From sequence record PQ096440.1: 32,000 nucleotides of DNA; one strand, written 5' to 3'. The notes under the pieces were generated by a model. The model was not told the DNA's origin. It searched no databases and worked only from the letters and a program-made list of their open reading frames with translations. The DNA comes from Enterobacter phage EnA02. Numbering within the stretch: the stretch's first letter is position 1; every line of letters begins with the position of its first letter. Position numbers and translations under genes: made by a program. This document shows positions 23,412 to 32,000 of the stretch, piece by piece.

Positions 23412-23636
23412 TCATTTGTGAGTTACAAGTTTATAAGTCCAATCACTTTCGTCTTCACGATAGACGTTAATGATAGAAGTCTCTTTGAGCTTAGCTCGCA
23501 GAGTCTTTTCAGTAATTTCGGTGCCGTCATCAAAGAAAATCTTATCAGTTCCGGCAGCACTCAGGAAGTAAAAAGTACTTTTGAGACTAAACTTCAATAC
23601 TGGAATGTAACTATCGTCTGTGATTGAGTAAATCAT
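23412..23636 (-). CDS. hypothetical protein, 74 aa
   Basis: ORF with AGGAGA ribosome site; no transmembrane segments, unlike T4 Imm. Confidence 0.72.
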   Translation of the reverse strand: MIYSITDDSYIPVLKFSLKSTFYFLSAAGTDKIFFDDGTEITEKTLRAKLKETSIINVYREDESDWTYKLVTHK

Positions 23637-23662
23637 TTTATTCTCCTTTTGTGTATAGGAGA

Positions 23663-23691
23663 ATTATACCACATCCATGTGGTAAAATAAA
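23663..23691 (-). promoter_or_regulatory. candidate promoter TTTATT-N17-TATAAT with inverted repeat in spacer
   Basis: gTTTATTttaccacatggatgtggTATAATtc; CCACAT/ATGTGG immediately before the -10. Confidence 0.5.
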
Positions 23692-23693
23692 CA

Positions 23694-26402
23694 TCAGAAG
23701 TCAAACATATTATCTAATGATGCTTTTTCTTCATAGTCAAGTCCTGAAGCTTCTGACATACCAGCAAGTGGCTTAACGAAAGACTTCTGGAACAGAGTCG
23801 TGTAGTCCAACCAAGCCAGAACATCTTGACGAATTTCCTGCGGAAGTTCAGTACCTGATGGCCAAGCGATACATTTATCACCGAATGGGTTACCCTGACG
23901 AAGTGGAAGAACCATCACCTTGTTACCCTCGAGAATCGGAGTGACAGAGAATCCGGCTGTTGCACGATTATAAGTCAGTGCACCACGGACGTGATATGGG
24001 CATTTAAGACCAGGGAAACCATTATCATCATATTTACCGATGTCATTACAAGTTTTAACTTCTGCAATGACTTTGTAGTCCAGTTGACGATATTCTTTCT
24101 CAAACTGCTTGTAATATTCTTGTAATGATTCTTCACCTTCTTGAACCATACGACGAATACTTTCTTCCAACGCTTTCTGAACCGCTTTCGGAGTAGAAGA
24201 CTGCTGAGTCTCCATGCCCATGATTTTCAAATGTGGTTCAGCATAACGCTTATCTTCCATGTCGTAAACGTTCAATGCATATCGTTTCTTAGCTTTCCAG
24301 AATCCGCCACAACCTTTTGAACCAAGTGGCGGACAAGAAATAGCTTCTCGGTCCATATGCATGAGGTGTTCACGGTTATTGAAGTACTCACACAGTTCAC
24401 GATAAGCAGTATCAATCATCGGTTCCATTTTCTTCTTACCGAATTGGTTCATAAATTCAACCACTTCATCAGTCGTTTTGAAACGTTCGAGACCTACTTT
24501 TTCAATAACCTTGTCAACTGAAACATAAATTGAGTCAGTGTCACCTGCCGCGATGAAATCGAATCCTTCAGTTCCACATACCTTATTCAGATACTCGTTA
24601 ACTTTACGAGCAATCCAACGAATACCTACTTGACCAAACAGTGTAATCGCAGATGCGTTACGAAGGTCATAATAACGGAAGTAAATGTTACCCAAAGCAC
24701 CATAAAGACTGTTGATAAGAATCTTACGGTTCAGCTGGTTTGTGTTTGCTAGAATAGCAGCAGCTTCACAACGAGTCAGCATAGTTTCCAACACTAACTT
24801 CGTGTACTTGTTCAGAGACGCTTTCTGTTCGTCGGTGTACTGAGTGTAACGAGTTTCATCTGGAGTATCAATATCACCAAATACACCAGCTGCCAGAACT
24901 TTCTTAATTTCTTCTGCGTTACGTTCTTCTGCGAACATCTTTTTCTTCCAATCTTTACGCTGGAAGAACACCTTAGCGATTTCTACCGGAATGACACCTT
25001 CAATATCTTTACGATACATCCAGCCATTCGGTGAACATGAATATTCATCACTTGGTCGTGGAGCAGTCTTATTGATATAAGCTTCAATATCATACAACTT
25101 GAATTGACCAACAATTGTTTCCGGAGAAATATTCACCTGACGAATGATGCTCGGATACAGAGATGTTAAGTCGAAACTCATGATGTACTTACGAGCACAT
25201 GCTAATGGCTCAAATACATATGCACCTGGATAACTCTGTTTGATGTGACGCTTACCTTGAGGAACTACTTTGTTCTGCTCTTTCAAGGAGTTAAAGATGA
25301 TTGCGTCCCAAGTTTTAATTGGAGACATTACACCGCCAAATGGCATCTTAGCATAATAAGACATACTCAGTGCCAGGTCAATGAATCCACGAACTCGGTC
25401 AATACCACCCACAGACTCAACGTCCATGATGTTATAAGAAATATAACGTTGGTGATTAGTTTCACGAAGTTTGTTAATTGGACCGTCATATGGTAACTTA
25501 CCACGTTTCGTCTCATATAGAGCGATGTAGTCCAAGTTATAAGTTGGTTGGTTCGTGAATGAATACTTCTTGTACAAATCCATGTAATCCAGAATTGTTA
25601 CACCATCAATACTGAATACTTCTTTTTCACCGTACATGTTCTGAATGAGTTTTGAATTCACTCGGTTGATTGGAGAGAATCGTTTCATTGTACGTTCACC
25701 CAACACATTCTTAACACGGTTCATGATGTACGGAATATCGAAGCCTTCAATGTTCCAGCCTGTGAAAATTGCTGGACGCTTTTGTTCCCAGAGATTGATG
25801 TATTCCAGAAGAAGTTCTTTCTCTGAATAGAACGGCATGTACACTACGCGGTCAAGAATATGTTGTGGAACTTCATCACCACCTTCTTTATCGCTTCGTG
25901 CTGCTAGCTTCACGTCCCATTCTGAAACCGAGCCATACAGAGAATCCAGTAAGTCGAAAACGTAGAACTTATCATCGATTGAATCATAATGAGTGATTGC
26001 ATCGATTTCATACATCGCTTTCATTGGGTCTGGGAATTTATCACCTGTAACTTCGATGTCACAGTTAGCAACACGAATGAATTTCTTGTCATAAACAATT
26101 TCAGAACCATAAGTGTCGGAGATATAAGCAAGTTTGAAGTCATCCATACCCATGGCTTCAAGACCGATATCTTCCATACGACGAATCCAATCACGAGCAT
26201 CTTTCATGGTTGGGAATGTGTTCTTGACGCATGGTTTCCCATAGATATCAAAGAACTTTGTCTTCACACCTTGTTGAGCATGAGAAAACATAGTTGGAGA
26301 ATATTCAACTCGTCGTTGACGTTCTACACCATTGGAGTCAATATAACGTTCAATGATGTCATTACCTGCGGTTTCAATAGAGATATAAAATTCTTGTGCC
26401 AT
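23694..26402 (-). CDS. 43: DNA polymerase (family B)
   Basis: Exo motifs (VANCDIEVTGD, FTGWNIEGFDIPYI), DLTSLYPSI, ILINSLYGALGN, AAGDTDSIYVS; C-terminal SLDNMFDF clamp-binding-like tail; 902 aa. Confidence 0.98.
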   Translation of the reverse strand: MAQEFYISIETAGNDIIERYIDSNGVERQRRVEYSPTMFSHAQQGVKTKFFDIYGKPCVKNTFPTMKDARDWIRRMEDIGLEAMGMDDFKLAYISDTYGSEIVYDKKFIRVANCDIEVTGDKFPDPMKAMYEIDAITHYDSIDDKFYVFDLLDSLYGSVSEWDVKLAARSDKEGGDEVPQHILDRVVYMPFYSEKELLLEYINLWEQKRPAIFTGWNIEGFDIPYIMNRVKNVLGERTMKRFSPINRVNSKLIQNMYGEKEVFSIDGVTILDYMDLYKKYSFTNQPTYNLDYIALYETKRGKLPYDGPINKLRETNHQRYISYNIMDVESVGGIDRVRGFIDLALSMSYYAKMPFGGVMSPIKTWDAIIFNSLKEQNKVVPQGKRHIKQSYPGAYVFEPLACARKYIMSFDLTSLYPSIIRQVNISPETIVGQFKLYDIEAYINKTAPRPSDEYSCSPNGWMYRKDIEGVIPVEIAKVFFQRKDWKKKMFAEERNAEEIKKVLAAGVFGDIDTPDETRYTQYTDEQKASLNKYTKLVLETMLTRCEAAAILANTNQLNRKILINSLYGALGNIYFRYYDLRNASAITLFGQVGIRWIARKVNEYLNKVCGTEGFDFIAAGDTDSIYVSVDKVIEKVGLERFKTTDEVVEFMNQFGKKKMEPMIDTAYRELCEYFNNREHLMHMDREAISCPPLGSKGCGGFWKAKKRYALNVYDMEDKRYAEPHLKIMGMETQQSSTPKAVQKALEESIRRMVQEGEESLQEYYKQFEKEYRQLDYKVIAEVKTCNDIGKYDDNGFPGLKCPYHVRGALTYNRATAGFSVTPILEGNKVMVLPLRQGNPFGDKCIAWPSGTELPQEIRQDVLAWLDYTTLFQKSFVKPLAGMSEASGLDYEEKASLDNMFDF

Positions 26403-26453
26403 GAGTTTCCTTAGTTTTTCCTATAGACCGAGTGATTGGTCTTTGGTATGTCT

Positions 26454-26480
26454 ATTATACTCCGCTCTGCAGATAGCAGA
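26454..26480 (-). promoter_or_regulatory. candidate MotA-dependent middle promoter for gene 43
   Basis: TCTGCTATC (26472..26480), 12-nt spacer, TATAAT (26454..26459). Confidence 0.45.
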
Positions 26481-26481
26481 A

Positions 26482-26497
26482 AGGGCCCGAAGGCCCT
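26482..26497 (-). terminator. rho-independent terminator AGGGCC-TTCG-GGCCCT-TTC
   Basis: 6-bp GC-rich stem with UUCG loop; same core as 3630..3649. Confidence 0.7.
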
Positions 26498-26499
26498 CT

Positions 26500-26661
26500 T
26501 TAAACTTGTGCAGCTTCGTACTGAACTACGCCTTCTTCATCTTTCCAATAAGCCATGAAAGCGTAACCATCAGGATAAACTCGTTTTCCATCTGGAGTCA
26601 TGGCCGTGCGAAGTTGTTCTTTTTGGCGTTCAATTTGCTCTTCTTTAGTACCTTCAAACAT
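26500..26661 (-). CDS. hypothetical protein, 53 aa
   Basis: MFEGTKEEQIERQKEQLRTAMTPDGKRVYPDGYAFMAYWKDEEG...; ATG 26661 overlaps the regA stop (TAATG). Confidence 0.7.
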   Translation of the reverse strand: MFEGTKEEQIERQKEQLRTAMTPDGKRVYPDGYAFMAYWKDEEGVVQYEAAQV

Positions 26662-27026
26662 TATGCACCTATCGTGTATTTTGATTTGAGAGTCCATTCA
26701 GATTTCTGCTGGAACGTAATAACGCGGAAGTTATTCTGCATTTCAGCAAGATGAACATCCGGAGTCACGATATCAAGTAAGCCCCATCCTTGTAACAGTT
26801 GGGCAATTGAATCTCGACGGATGTAGTCTTCAGAATCGATAGTAACAGGACGACCATCGAGCTTCAACATTTCTTTAAAGTGAACGATGTAGTACTTGCC
26901 CTGTTTCTGAAGAATATGGCAACTTTGATATAGTACCTTATCTTTGTTATTAGCAATACCCATACGAGTTAGGGTTTCTTTCACTTTCAGAAAATCTTCA
27001 GGTTGTTTCAGAGTAATTTCAATCAT
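26661..27026 (-). CDS. regA: RegA translational repressor
   Basis: MIEITLKQPEDFLKVKETLTRMGIANNKDKVLYQSCHILQKQGKYYIVHFKEM...NNFRVITFQQKSEW, near-identical to recalled T4 RegA. Confidence 0.97.
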   Translation of the reverse strand: MIEITLKQPEDFLKVKETLTRMGIANNKDKVLYQSCHILQKQGKYYIVHFKEMLKLDGRPVTIDSEDYIRRDSIAQLLQGWGLLDIVTPDVHLAEMQNNFRVITFQQKSEWTLKSKYTIGA

Positions 27027-27027
27027 T

Positions 27028-27591
27028 TTACCATTCCAATGCTAATTTTTTAAGTTGCTTTTGTTCTTTCACGTTTTTGGTAATGCTTTTGACCAGCTCA
27101 TCAGTCACTGTACCTTTAAGACGTTTTAATGTCTCAGACAGTTTATTTTTGTTGGCTAGAGTCACTCTATAACGCTCAGCGTCATTGATATTGATTGTAT
27201 AATGATTCATCAATACCTTCAGAATGAGTGTCTCCTGGGCGCTCTCGTTTAACTTAGCCCACTTACCAAAACGACGACCACGAGGAACGGCCGCTTTAAG
27301 ATAATTAAAGTGTGCTTCATCTGGAAGTCCAGAACCAACCAAGTTCATCACATATACAGCTGGCATGCATTCTGGAAACTGAGATAAAGCATTTTCTACC
27401 ATGAACTTCGAATAATCACGAGTTCCGATTGAGATATCTTTCTTCTCGTTAATTGCACCGATTATTGCAAAGAATTCATTTTCTGCTGTTTCTTTGAAAG
27501 TATCAGAGAGACGTTTAATCTCCGCCTCGTCTTTACTATACCAAGCAATCTGGTGTTCGTTCAGCTGAACGTCATCTTCGAATAAACTCAT
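27028..27591 (-). CDS. 62: Clamp loader small subunit
   Basis: 187 aa, between 44 and regA as in T4. Confidence 0.93.
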   Translation of the reverse strand: MSLFEDDVQLNEHQIAWYSKDEAEIKRLSDTFKETAENEFFAIIGAINEKKDISIGTRDYSKFMVENALSQFPECMPAVYVMNLVGSGLPDEAHFNYLKAAVPRGRRFGKWAKLNESAQETLILKVLMNHYTININDAERYRVTLANKNKLSETLKRLKGTVTDELVKSITKNVKEQKQLKKLALEW

Positions 27592-28547
27592 TTGAATTGC
27601 ATCTCTACAACAAGTTGCATGAACATATAAGTTACGTGCAGTTCAGTCGAAGCCGCTACACCATGATATTGATTGTTCTCACCGACAATCTCATACATTC
27701 TAATGATGCTTGCCTTATCAACTTTCGTGTAAAGCTCGTTGGCGAGTTTCTCAATGAACCAAGAATAATTGACTGCATACTTTGGAGCAAGTGCACGAAG
27801 TTGTTTAACATCTTTTGATTTCAGTGCATCGATAACATCACTGATATCTCCAGAAGTTTTTGTCACCAAATCCAGAATTCCAGAGTCAATAACACCCTTG
27901 GAAGAATAATGGTCCAAATCACCAATTGTCTTACGAAAATCTGGGAAGTTCTTGTTGACCAGTGCTGCAATGACTTTAAGGTCTTCAATTTTGATATTTT
28001 CGTTTTTGCAAATTTCAACACAACGACGAATCATTTCTTTCATCATGTTGCGTTTATCATCATCAGTCGCTTGACCAAACTTAACAATACGGCAACGAGA
28101 TTGAAGTGGTTCAATGATACCATCAATGTTGTTAGCAGTAATGATGATTGTGCAGTTGCTTGAATAAGCTTCCATGAAAGAACGTAAGTGACGCTGAGAT
28201 TCAGCAAGACCTGAACGGTCAAATTCGTCAATTACAATAACTTTCTGCTTACCAGATAATGAAGCTGCTGTTGCAAAGTTTGTCAGCGGTCCACGTACGA
28301 AATCAATCTTACAATCTGAACCATTAACGAACATCATTTCAACACCGACGTCGTTACAAAGTGCTTTTGCTAAAGTAGTTTTACCTGTACCTGGAGATGC
28401 AGATACCAGAATCATATGAGGGATAGTGCCTTTCTTGATGATAGCATCAAATACTTGGCGGTCGAATTCCGGAAGAATACATTCCGAAATTGATTGCGGG
28501 CGATATTTTTGTTCGAAGATGTGTTCTTTTTCATTAATACTTAACAT
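27588..28547 (-). CDS. 44: Clamp loader large subunit (AAA+)
   Basis: [46 protein letters not shown]; 319 aa. Confidence 0.97.
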   Translation of the reverse strand: MLSINEKEHIFEQKYRPQSISECILPEFDRQVFDAIIKKGTIPHMILVSASPGTGKTTLAKALCNDVGVEMMFVNGSDCKIDFVRGPLTNFATAASLSGKQKVIVIDEFDRSGLAESQRHLRSFMEAYSSNCTIIITANNIDGIIEPLQSRCRIVKFGQATDDDKRNMMKEMIRRCVEICKNENIKIEDLKVIAALVNKNFPDFRKTIGDLDHYSSKGVIDSGILDLVTKTSGDISDVIDALKSKDVKQLRALAPKYAVNYSWFIEKLANELYTKVDKASIIRMYEIVGENNQYHGVAASTELHVTYMFMQLVVEMQFK

Positions 28548-28606
28548 AATTTCCTCATATTGAATTATTCAAATCAGTGGATGGTCCGAAGACCATCCTA
28601 TCACAA

Positions 28607-29293
28607 TTAGAAATCGTGAGTACTATCTGCTTCCATTGCTACCACATAACTTGCATGTTCACCTTCGAACTTAGCAGCAGTTTTCTTACCCTGTGCCCAG
28701 AGCAGCAGTTTATAATCGGCAGGCTGCATCTTCATGTTACCCATATTGATAACGAAGTTGAAGTTATTCGTACCATCATAATCACCGAGAGTCAGAGAAT
28801 ATTTGGTACGAACCAGAGCAGAATCTTCTACCTTGTTGAAGCCGTTCAGAACAATCTTACCATCTTTATTAGTGATAGTGATTGTATCAATCTGCAGACC
28901 ACGAGATACTCGCATCAGCTGTTGCAGGTCTTCTGATTTGAAATCAACGATAACAGAAGCAACCGGGAATGGAATTGGTTTGCTTGGGAATACGATAGTG
29001 CTTGGGTCAGCTGCTGGCCAGAAAATCGTTGAACGAGCATCAGCAATTTTGATATTGCCGTCATCAGCCAGAGAAATTTCTGCATCTTCATTAACCAGAG
29101 ACAGAATACCAAGGAAGCCGTTCAGTTCATAAATCGCAACTTCAAAATCAATTTCATCCGCAATTTTAGCTTCAGCGTAAGTTGTACCATTAACTGCACG
29201 AGTCATGATGAACTTACCAGGTTTCAGCATAATACCAGAGTTGATGGTAGAGAAGTTTTTCAGAATATTCAGAGTTTCTTTAGACAGTTTCAT
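28607..29293 (-). CDS. 45: Sliding clamp
   Basis: MKLSKETLNILKNFSTINSGIMLKPGKFIMTRAVNGTTYAEA...; 228 aa. Confidence 0.97.
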   Translation of the reverse strand: MKLSKETLNILKNFSTINSGIMLKPGKFIMTRAVNGTTYAEAKIADEIDFEVAIYELNGFLGILSLVNEDAEISLADDGNIKIADARSTIFWPAADPSTIVFPSKPIPFPVASVIVDFKSEDLQQLMRVSRGLQIDTITITNKDGKIVLNGFNKVEDSALVRTKYSLTLGDYDGTNNFNFVINMGNMKMQPADYKLLLWAQGKKTAAKFEGEHASYVVAMEADSTHDF

Positions 29294-29301
29294 GTTTTTC
29301 C

Positions 29302-29727
29302 TTAGTTCAATTCAATTTCATTTTCAGATGATTCAGATTTTACCACAAATGGAGCGAAGCTATCATAAACTTCCTGTGCTACTACTTCAGCTGCTACCAA
29401 CAGTTGTTCATCAGCGTTAGTGCAGAAATCATCTTCAAGACGTTCACCACCAACTCTATCAAGAATAACTTTAGCACCAGCTTTAATAGAACGATCATAA
29501 TGCTTACGCATTATTTCAATCCACTTTTCAGCGATTGAATTATCAACAGAAGCGTAATAAGCGAAACGAACTTCTGCATCTGGCAGTTTACGTTTGATAG
29601 CTTCTTTAATTTCTTCAGGCAGCATCAGAACCCATGCTCGACGGATTTTATTCTGATTGTTTGGATTGGAGTCAGTACGTACGTTTTTAGGTTGGATTTC
29701 TTTAACATCAGTAACGATATTCAGCAT
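29302..29727 (-). CDS. rpbA: RpbA-like RNA polymerase binding protein
   Basis: Located immediately upstream of gene 45 as in T4; AWVLMLPEEIKEAIKRKLPDAEVRFAYYASVDNS. Confidence 0.68.
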   Translation of the reverse strand: MLNIVTDVKEIQPKNVRTDSNPNNQNKIRRAWVLMLPEEIKEAIKRKLPDAEVRFAYYASVDNSIAEKWIEIMRKHYDRSIKAGAKVILDRVGGERLEDDFCTNADEQLLVAAEVVAQEVYDSFAPFVVKSESSENEIELN

Positions 29728-29736
29728 ATTATTTTC

Positions 29737-29928
29737 TCATTCAAAAAATTCAGAAACTGTCCAAGCAGGATGCCTGTTGGAAGATATTTTATCATACTGT
29801 TTACCGAAAGCATCTTTTAAATGCTGTTCGGTAACGATATGTTCTTCACCAGAAAAATTATTGATGAGAACATATCTTTTAAGTTCAGGGAACGTTAGTA
29901 ACTCGTTCCCGGTTGCGTATTGTTTCAT
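29737..29928 (-). CDS. 45.2: gp45.2-like hypothetical protein
   Basis: 63 aa, between rpbA and 46; 4-nt overlap with 46. Confidence 0.6.
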   Translation of the reverse strand: MKQYATGNELLTFPELKRYVLINNFSGEEHIVTEQHLKDAFGKQYDKISSNRHPAWTVSEFFE

Positions 29929-31613
29929 TCCAGTACCGTAAAGCGACCAACTTTCTTCATTTGAAGATGTTGACCGTATGCTTGAGGGTCATGGTCACGA
30001 TGGCTGATGATGAAGATATTTGAATCTTGCATCTTGTTGAGTATTTGTGTGATAGATTTTACACCGTCAACGTCCGTAGCAGAATCGAATACTTCGTCTA
30101 AGAACAAACAGTTAATCTTAACACCAGATACTAATTCAGCTATATCACGCCAAGTGAATAACAGCGCAATATCAATACGTGCCTTTTCACCCTGACTAAA
30201 AGAGTTGTAACTAAATTCTTCGCGTCCGCGAGATTTGATAGTTTCATTGAACTCTTCGTTCAAAGTAAAGACATAATCAGCATCCATCACTTTCAAATAA
30301 GAATTAATTTGCTTATTGAACAACGGAATGTACTTCTTAATTATTAAGCCTTTAATACCAGAATCCTTGAACATCTCCGTAAGAATACCACGAAGATATT
30401 TTTCCATGACTGAATTGGATTTGGTATCAACTATTTTATTCAATTCTTCATTAAGCGTTTTGATTTCATCTGAATAATCAATGAACTCTTCAGCTGCTTT
30501 ATCAATAGCTGCTTTAATCTTGCGAATACGCTCAACAGCTGCTTTCAACTCTTCAGTTTTGGCTGCTACCTGTCCTCGGATGTCTCTGGCTCGGCGTTTA
30601 ACCGCTTCATATTCCATCTGGGACGCCTGAAGATTCTCTAGATGCGTTTTTAACTCAGCATGTTTGATATTACATTCATCAACTTTCGAGTTAATCTGGC
30701 CGATTAGAGTGTCACTGGAGTGCAAATCCTGCAAACATGTTGGACAATGACCACCTTTATCATACAATGACAGAACTTTTGTGTATGACTCGATGCGGTT
30801 CAGGATAGTAATCCCAGCCATTTGAGTCTTTTGAATTCCTTCAGACACATCGTCTTCTTCACCGATTACGATATTGGCCAGGTTCTTGTTCAACTCATCA
30901 ATAGCAGAACGAATATTACGAGCATCCGCCATAGACTCTTCGTACATGTTCTGCCAACGAGCAACGTTTTCACCAGAAAGTTTCTTTTGCTTCTCTATGT
31001 TTTCTTCATAGATTTTGATTTGTTGCTGAATTCCGTCTTTCTTGGCATCGAGAACTTGAACTTGAGAATTCAGTTCTCGAACCAAAGACTTATTCAGTTT
31101 ATCCATTTCAGCAATGATTGAAACTTCGAGCAGGTCTTCTACTAACTTTCTCCGAGCGGGTGTACTAAGACCCATAAACGGAGTGTAGCCTGCTGTTCCG
31201 AGTACCACGACTTGTTTGAAACTCGTGTAAGACATTCCAATGAGTTCTTCGAAATAACTTTGGAAGTCTTTAACTGAAGCCGCTTCATCGAGCTTAGCAC
31301 CATCGCGTTCAATTTCAAAGACATTTGGTTTCTGCCCACGTTTGATGTAATACGAATGACCGTCATATTCCATCCACAATTCACACAGCAATCCTTTCTT
31401 GTTTGTGGAATTGATTAATTGACCTTTCTTGAAATCACGGAACGGTTTGCCAAACAATGCGAATGTAATTGCTTCAAGCATTGTACTTTTACCGGCACCA
31501 TTCTTACCAGTGATTAATGTTTTGTGGACCTTATCAAGTTGAATATCAATGGGCTGTCCACCCACTGACATAATATTCTGATACTTGACTCGGTTCAATT
31601 TGAAAATCTTCAT
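29925..31613 (-). CDS. 46: SbcC/Rad50-like recombination endonuclease subunit
   Basis: ITGKNGAGKSTMLEAITFALFG, zinc-hook CPTC, FSQGEKARIDIALLF, LFLDEVFD. Confidence 0.96.
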   Translation of the reverse strand: MKIFKLNRVKYQNIMSVGGQPIDIQLDKVHKTLITGKNGAGKSTMLEAITFALFGKPFRDFKKGQLINSTNKKGLLCELWMEYDGHSYYIKRGQKPNVFEIERDGAKLDEAASVKDFQSYFEELIGMSYTSFKQVVVLGTAGYTPFMGLSTPARRKLVEDLLEVSIIAEMDKLNKSLVRELNSQVQVLDAKKDGIQQQIKIYEENIEKQKKLSGENVARWQNMYEESMADARNIRSAIDELNKNLANIVIGEEDDVSEGIQKTQMAGITILNRIESYTKVLSLYDKGGHCPTCLQDLHSSDTLIGQINSKVDECNIKHAELKTHLENLQASQMEYEAVKRRARDIRGQVAAKTEELKAAVERIRKIKAAIDKAAEEFIDYSDEIKTLNEELNKIVDTKSNSVMEKYLRGILTEMFKDSGIKGLIIKKYIPLFNKQINSYLKVMDADYVFTLNEEFNETIKSRGREEFSYNSFSQGEKARIDIALLFTWRDIAELVSGVKINCLFLDEVFDSATDVDGVKSITQILNKMQDSNIFIISHRDHDPQAYGQHLQMKKVGRFTVLE

Positions 31614-32000
31614 TGATTCTGAGCCTCAACATAAAGAGCTTGTGCAAATTTTTTCAATGCAGCGTTATCAGTTGGAGATAAGTCTTCCAATGCATCAATA
31701 TATTCTGACATCAAATCTAATAAGCTTTTAACTTCAATGTCTTCTTCATCGTCAGATTCAACTGAATTGTCAATCTTAGAAACCATGCGTAGTTCATGAA
31801 CTACTTTTTCAAGTTCGGTTTCAAACTTAGTGATATCTTTATCGACATCAGTGACAATTACTCGGACTGAAAGATTTTTGTAGTCGTTGTAATCAATCTT
31901 ACCTGTGAATGGATATTGAAGTCTTACATGCCAAGTGGTTTCGTTTGGCACAAAATCCATACTTTCCGTTGCGGTATCGAAAATCCAGAATCCGCGAGGG
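31610..32000 (-). CDS. 47: SbcD/Mre11-like recombination endonuclease subunit, C-terminal part (runs off window)
   Basis: The tracked ORF's start at 31960 is an internal Met; frame stays open to the edge: PRGFWIFDTATESMDFVPNETTWHVRLQYPFTG...; overlaps 46 by 4 nt as in T4. Confidence 0.85.
   Translation of the reverse strand, partial: PRGFWIFDTATESMDFVPNETTWHVRLQYPFTGKIDYNDYKNLSVRVIVTDVDKDITKFETELEKVVHELRMVSKIDNSVESDDEEDIEVKSLLDLMSEYIDALEDLSPTDNAALKKFAQALYVEAQNQ

Noticed and set aside
25989-26754. Plus-strand ORFs 25989..26414 and 26401..26754
   Set aside because: Antisense to gene 43, the small ORF and regA; the second crosses a terminator and promoter. No independent support.
28043-28231. 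Minus-strand ORF 28043..28231, 62 aa
   Set aside because: Nested out of frame within gene 44.
31142-31384. Minus-strand ORF 31142..31384, 80 aa
   Set aside because: Nested out of frame within gene 46.
31610-31960. Treating 31610..31960 as an independent 116-aa gene
   Set aside because: The frame continues upstream without a stop (PRGFWIFDTATES before the Met), matching the gp47 C-terminal region; the apparent start is only an internal Met.
1-32000. CRISPR arrays, tRNA genes, transposons or free-standing homing endonucleases
   Set aside because: No regular direct repeats, cloverleaf-like segments, inverted-repeat-bounded transposase, or GIY-YIG/complete HNH ORFs were recognised by eye; a tRNAscan-SE or HMM search could still find something missed.
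1-32000. A dedicated novel anti-phage defence or toxin-antitoxin operon
   Set aside because: No ORF pair showed a recognisable defence-type domain combination. The unusual content is better described as DNA hypermodification, superinfection exclusion and transcriptional control.

Overview
The window is an early/middle gene region of a T4-like (Straboviridae-type) myovirus. Every supported gene lies on the minus strand. Order from high to low coordinate: 47 (partial), 46, 45.2-like, rpbA, 45, 44, 62, regA, small ORF, 43, 74-aa ORF, lipoprotein, 42 (dCMP hydroxymethylase), putative second glycosyltransferase, beta-glucosyltransferase, uvsX, 40, 41, spackle-like, small ORFs, 61, MazG-like, 56 (dCTPase), small ORFs, modA, srd-like, dda, dexA, KOW-type ORF (MotB candidate), small ORFs, FmdB-like zinc ribbon, lipoprotein, GDSL/SGNH hydrolase, fused 39/60 topoisomerase subunit, small ORFs, rIIA (partial). 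No tRNA, CRISPR or transposon was seen. Main points of interest: (i) a GT-A-like putative glycosyltransferase between beta-gt and gene 42, suggesting hypermodified cytosine; (ii) a GDSL hydrolase in the early region with a late-promoter-like motif; (iii) five candidate MotA-type middle promoters, two fused to terminators; (iv) several GTTTAC-N16/17-TAnnAT early promoters, two with palindromic arms around the -10; (v) a lipoprotein where T4 has imm, a spackle-like periplasmic protein and a KOW-type MotB candidate; (vi) three genes shorter than 60 codons missing from the ORF track. Family names come from recalled T4 sequences and motifs; no database search was run.
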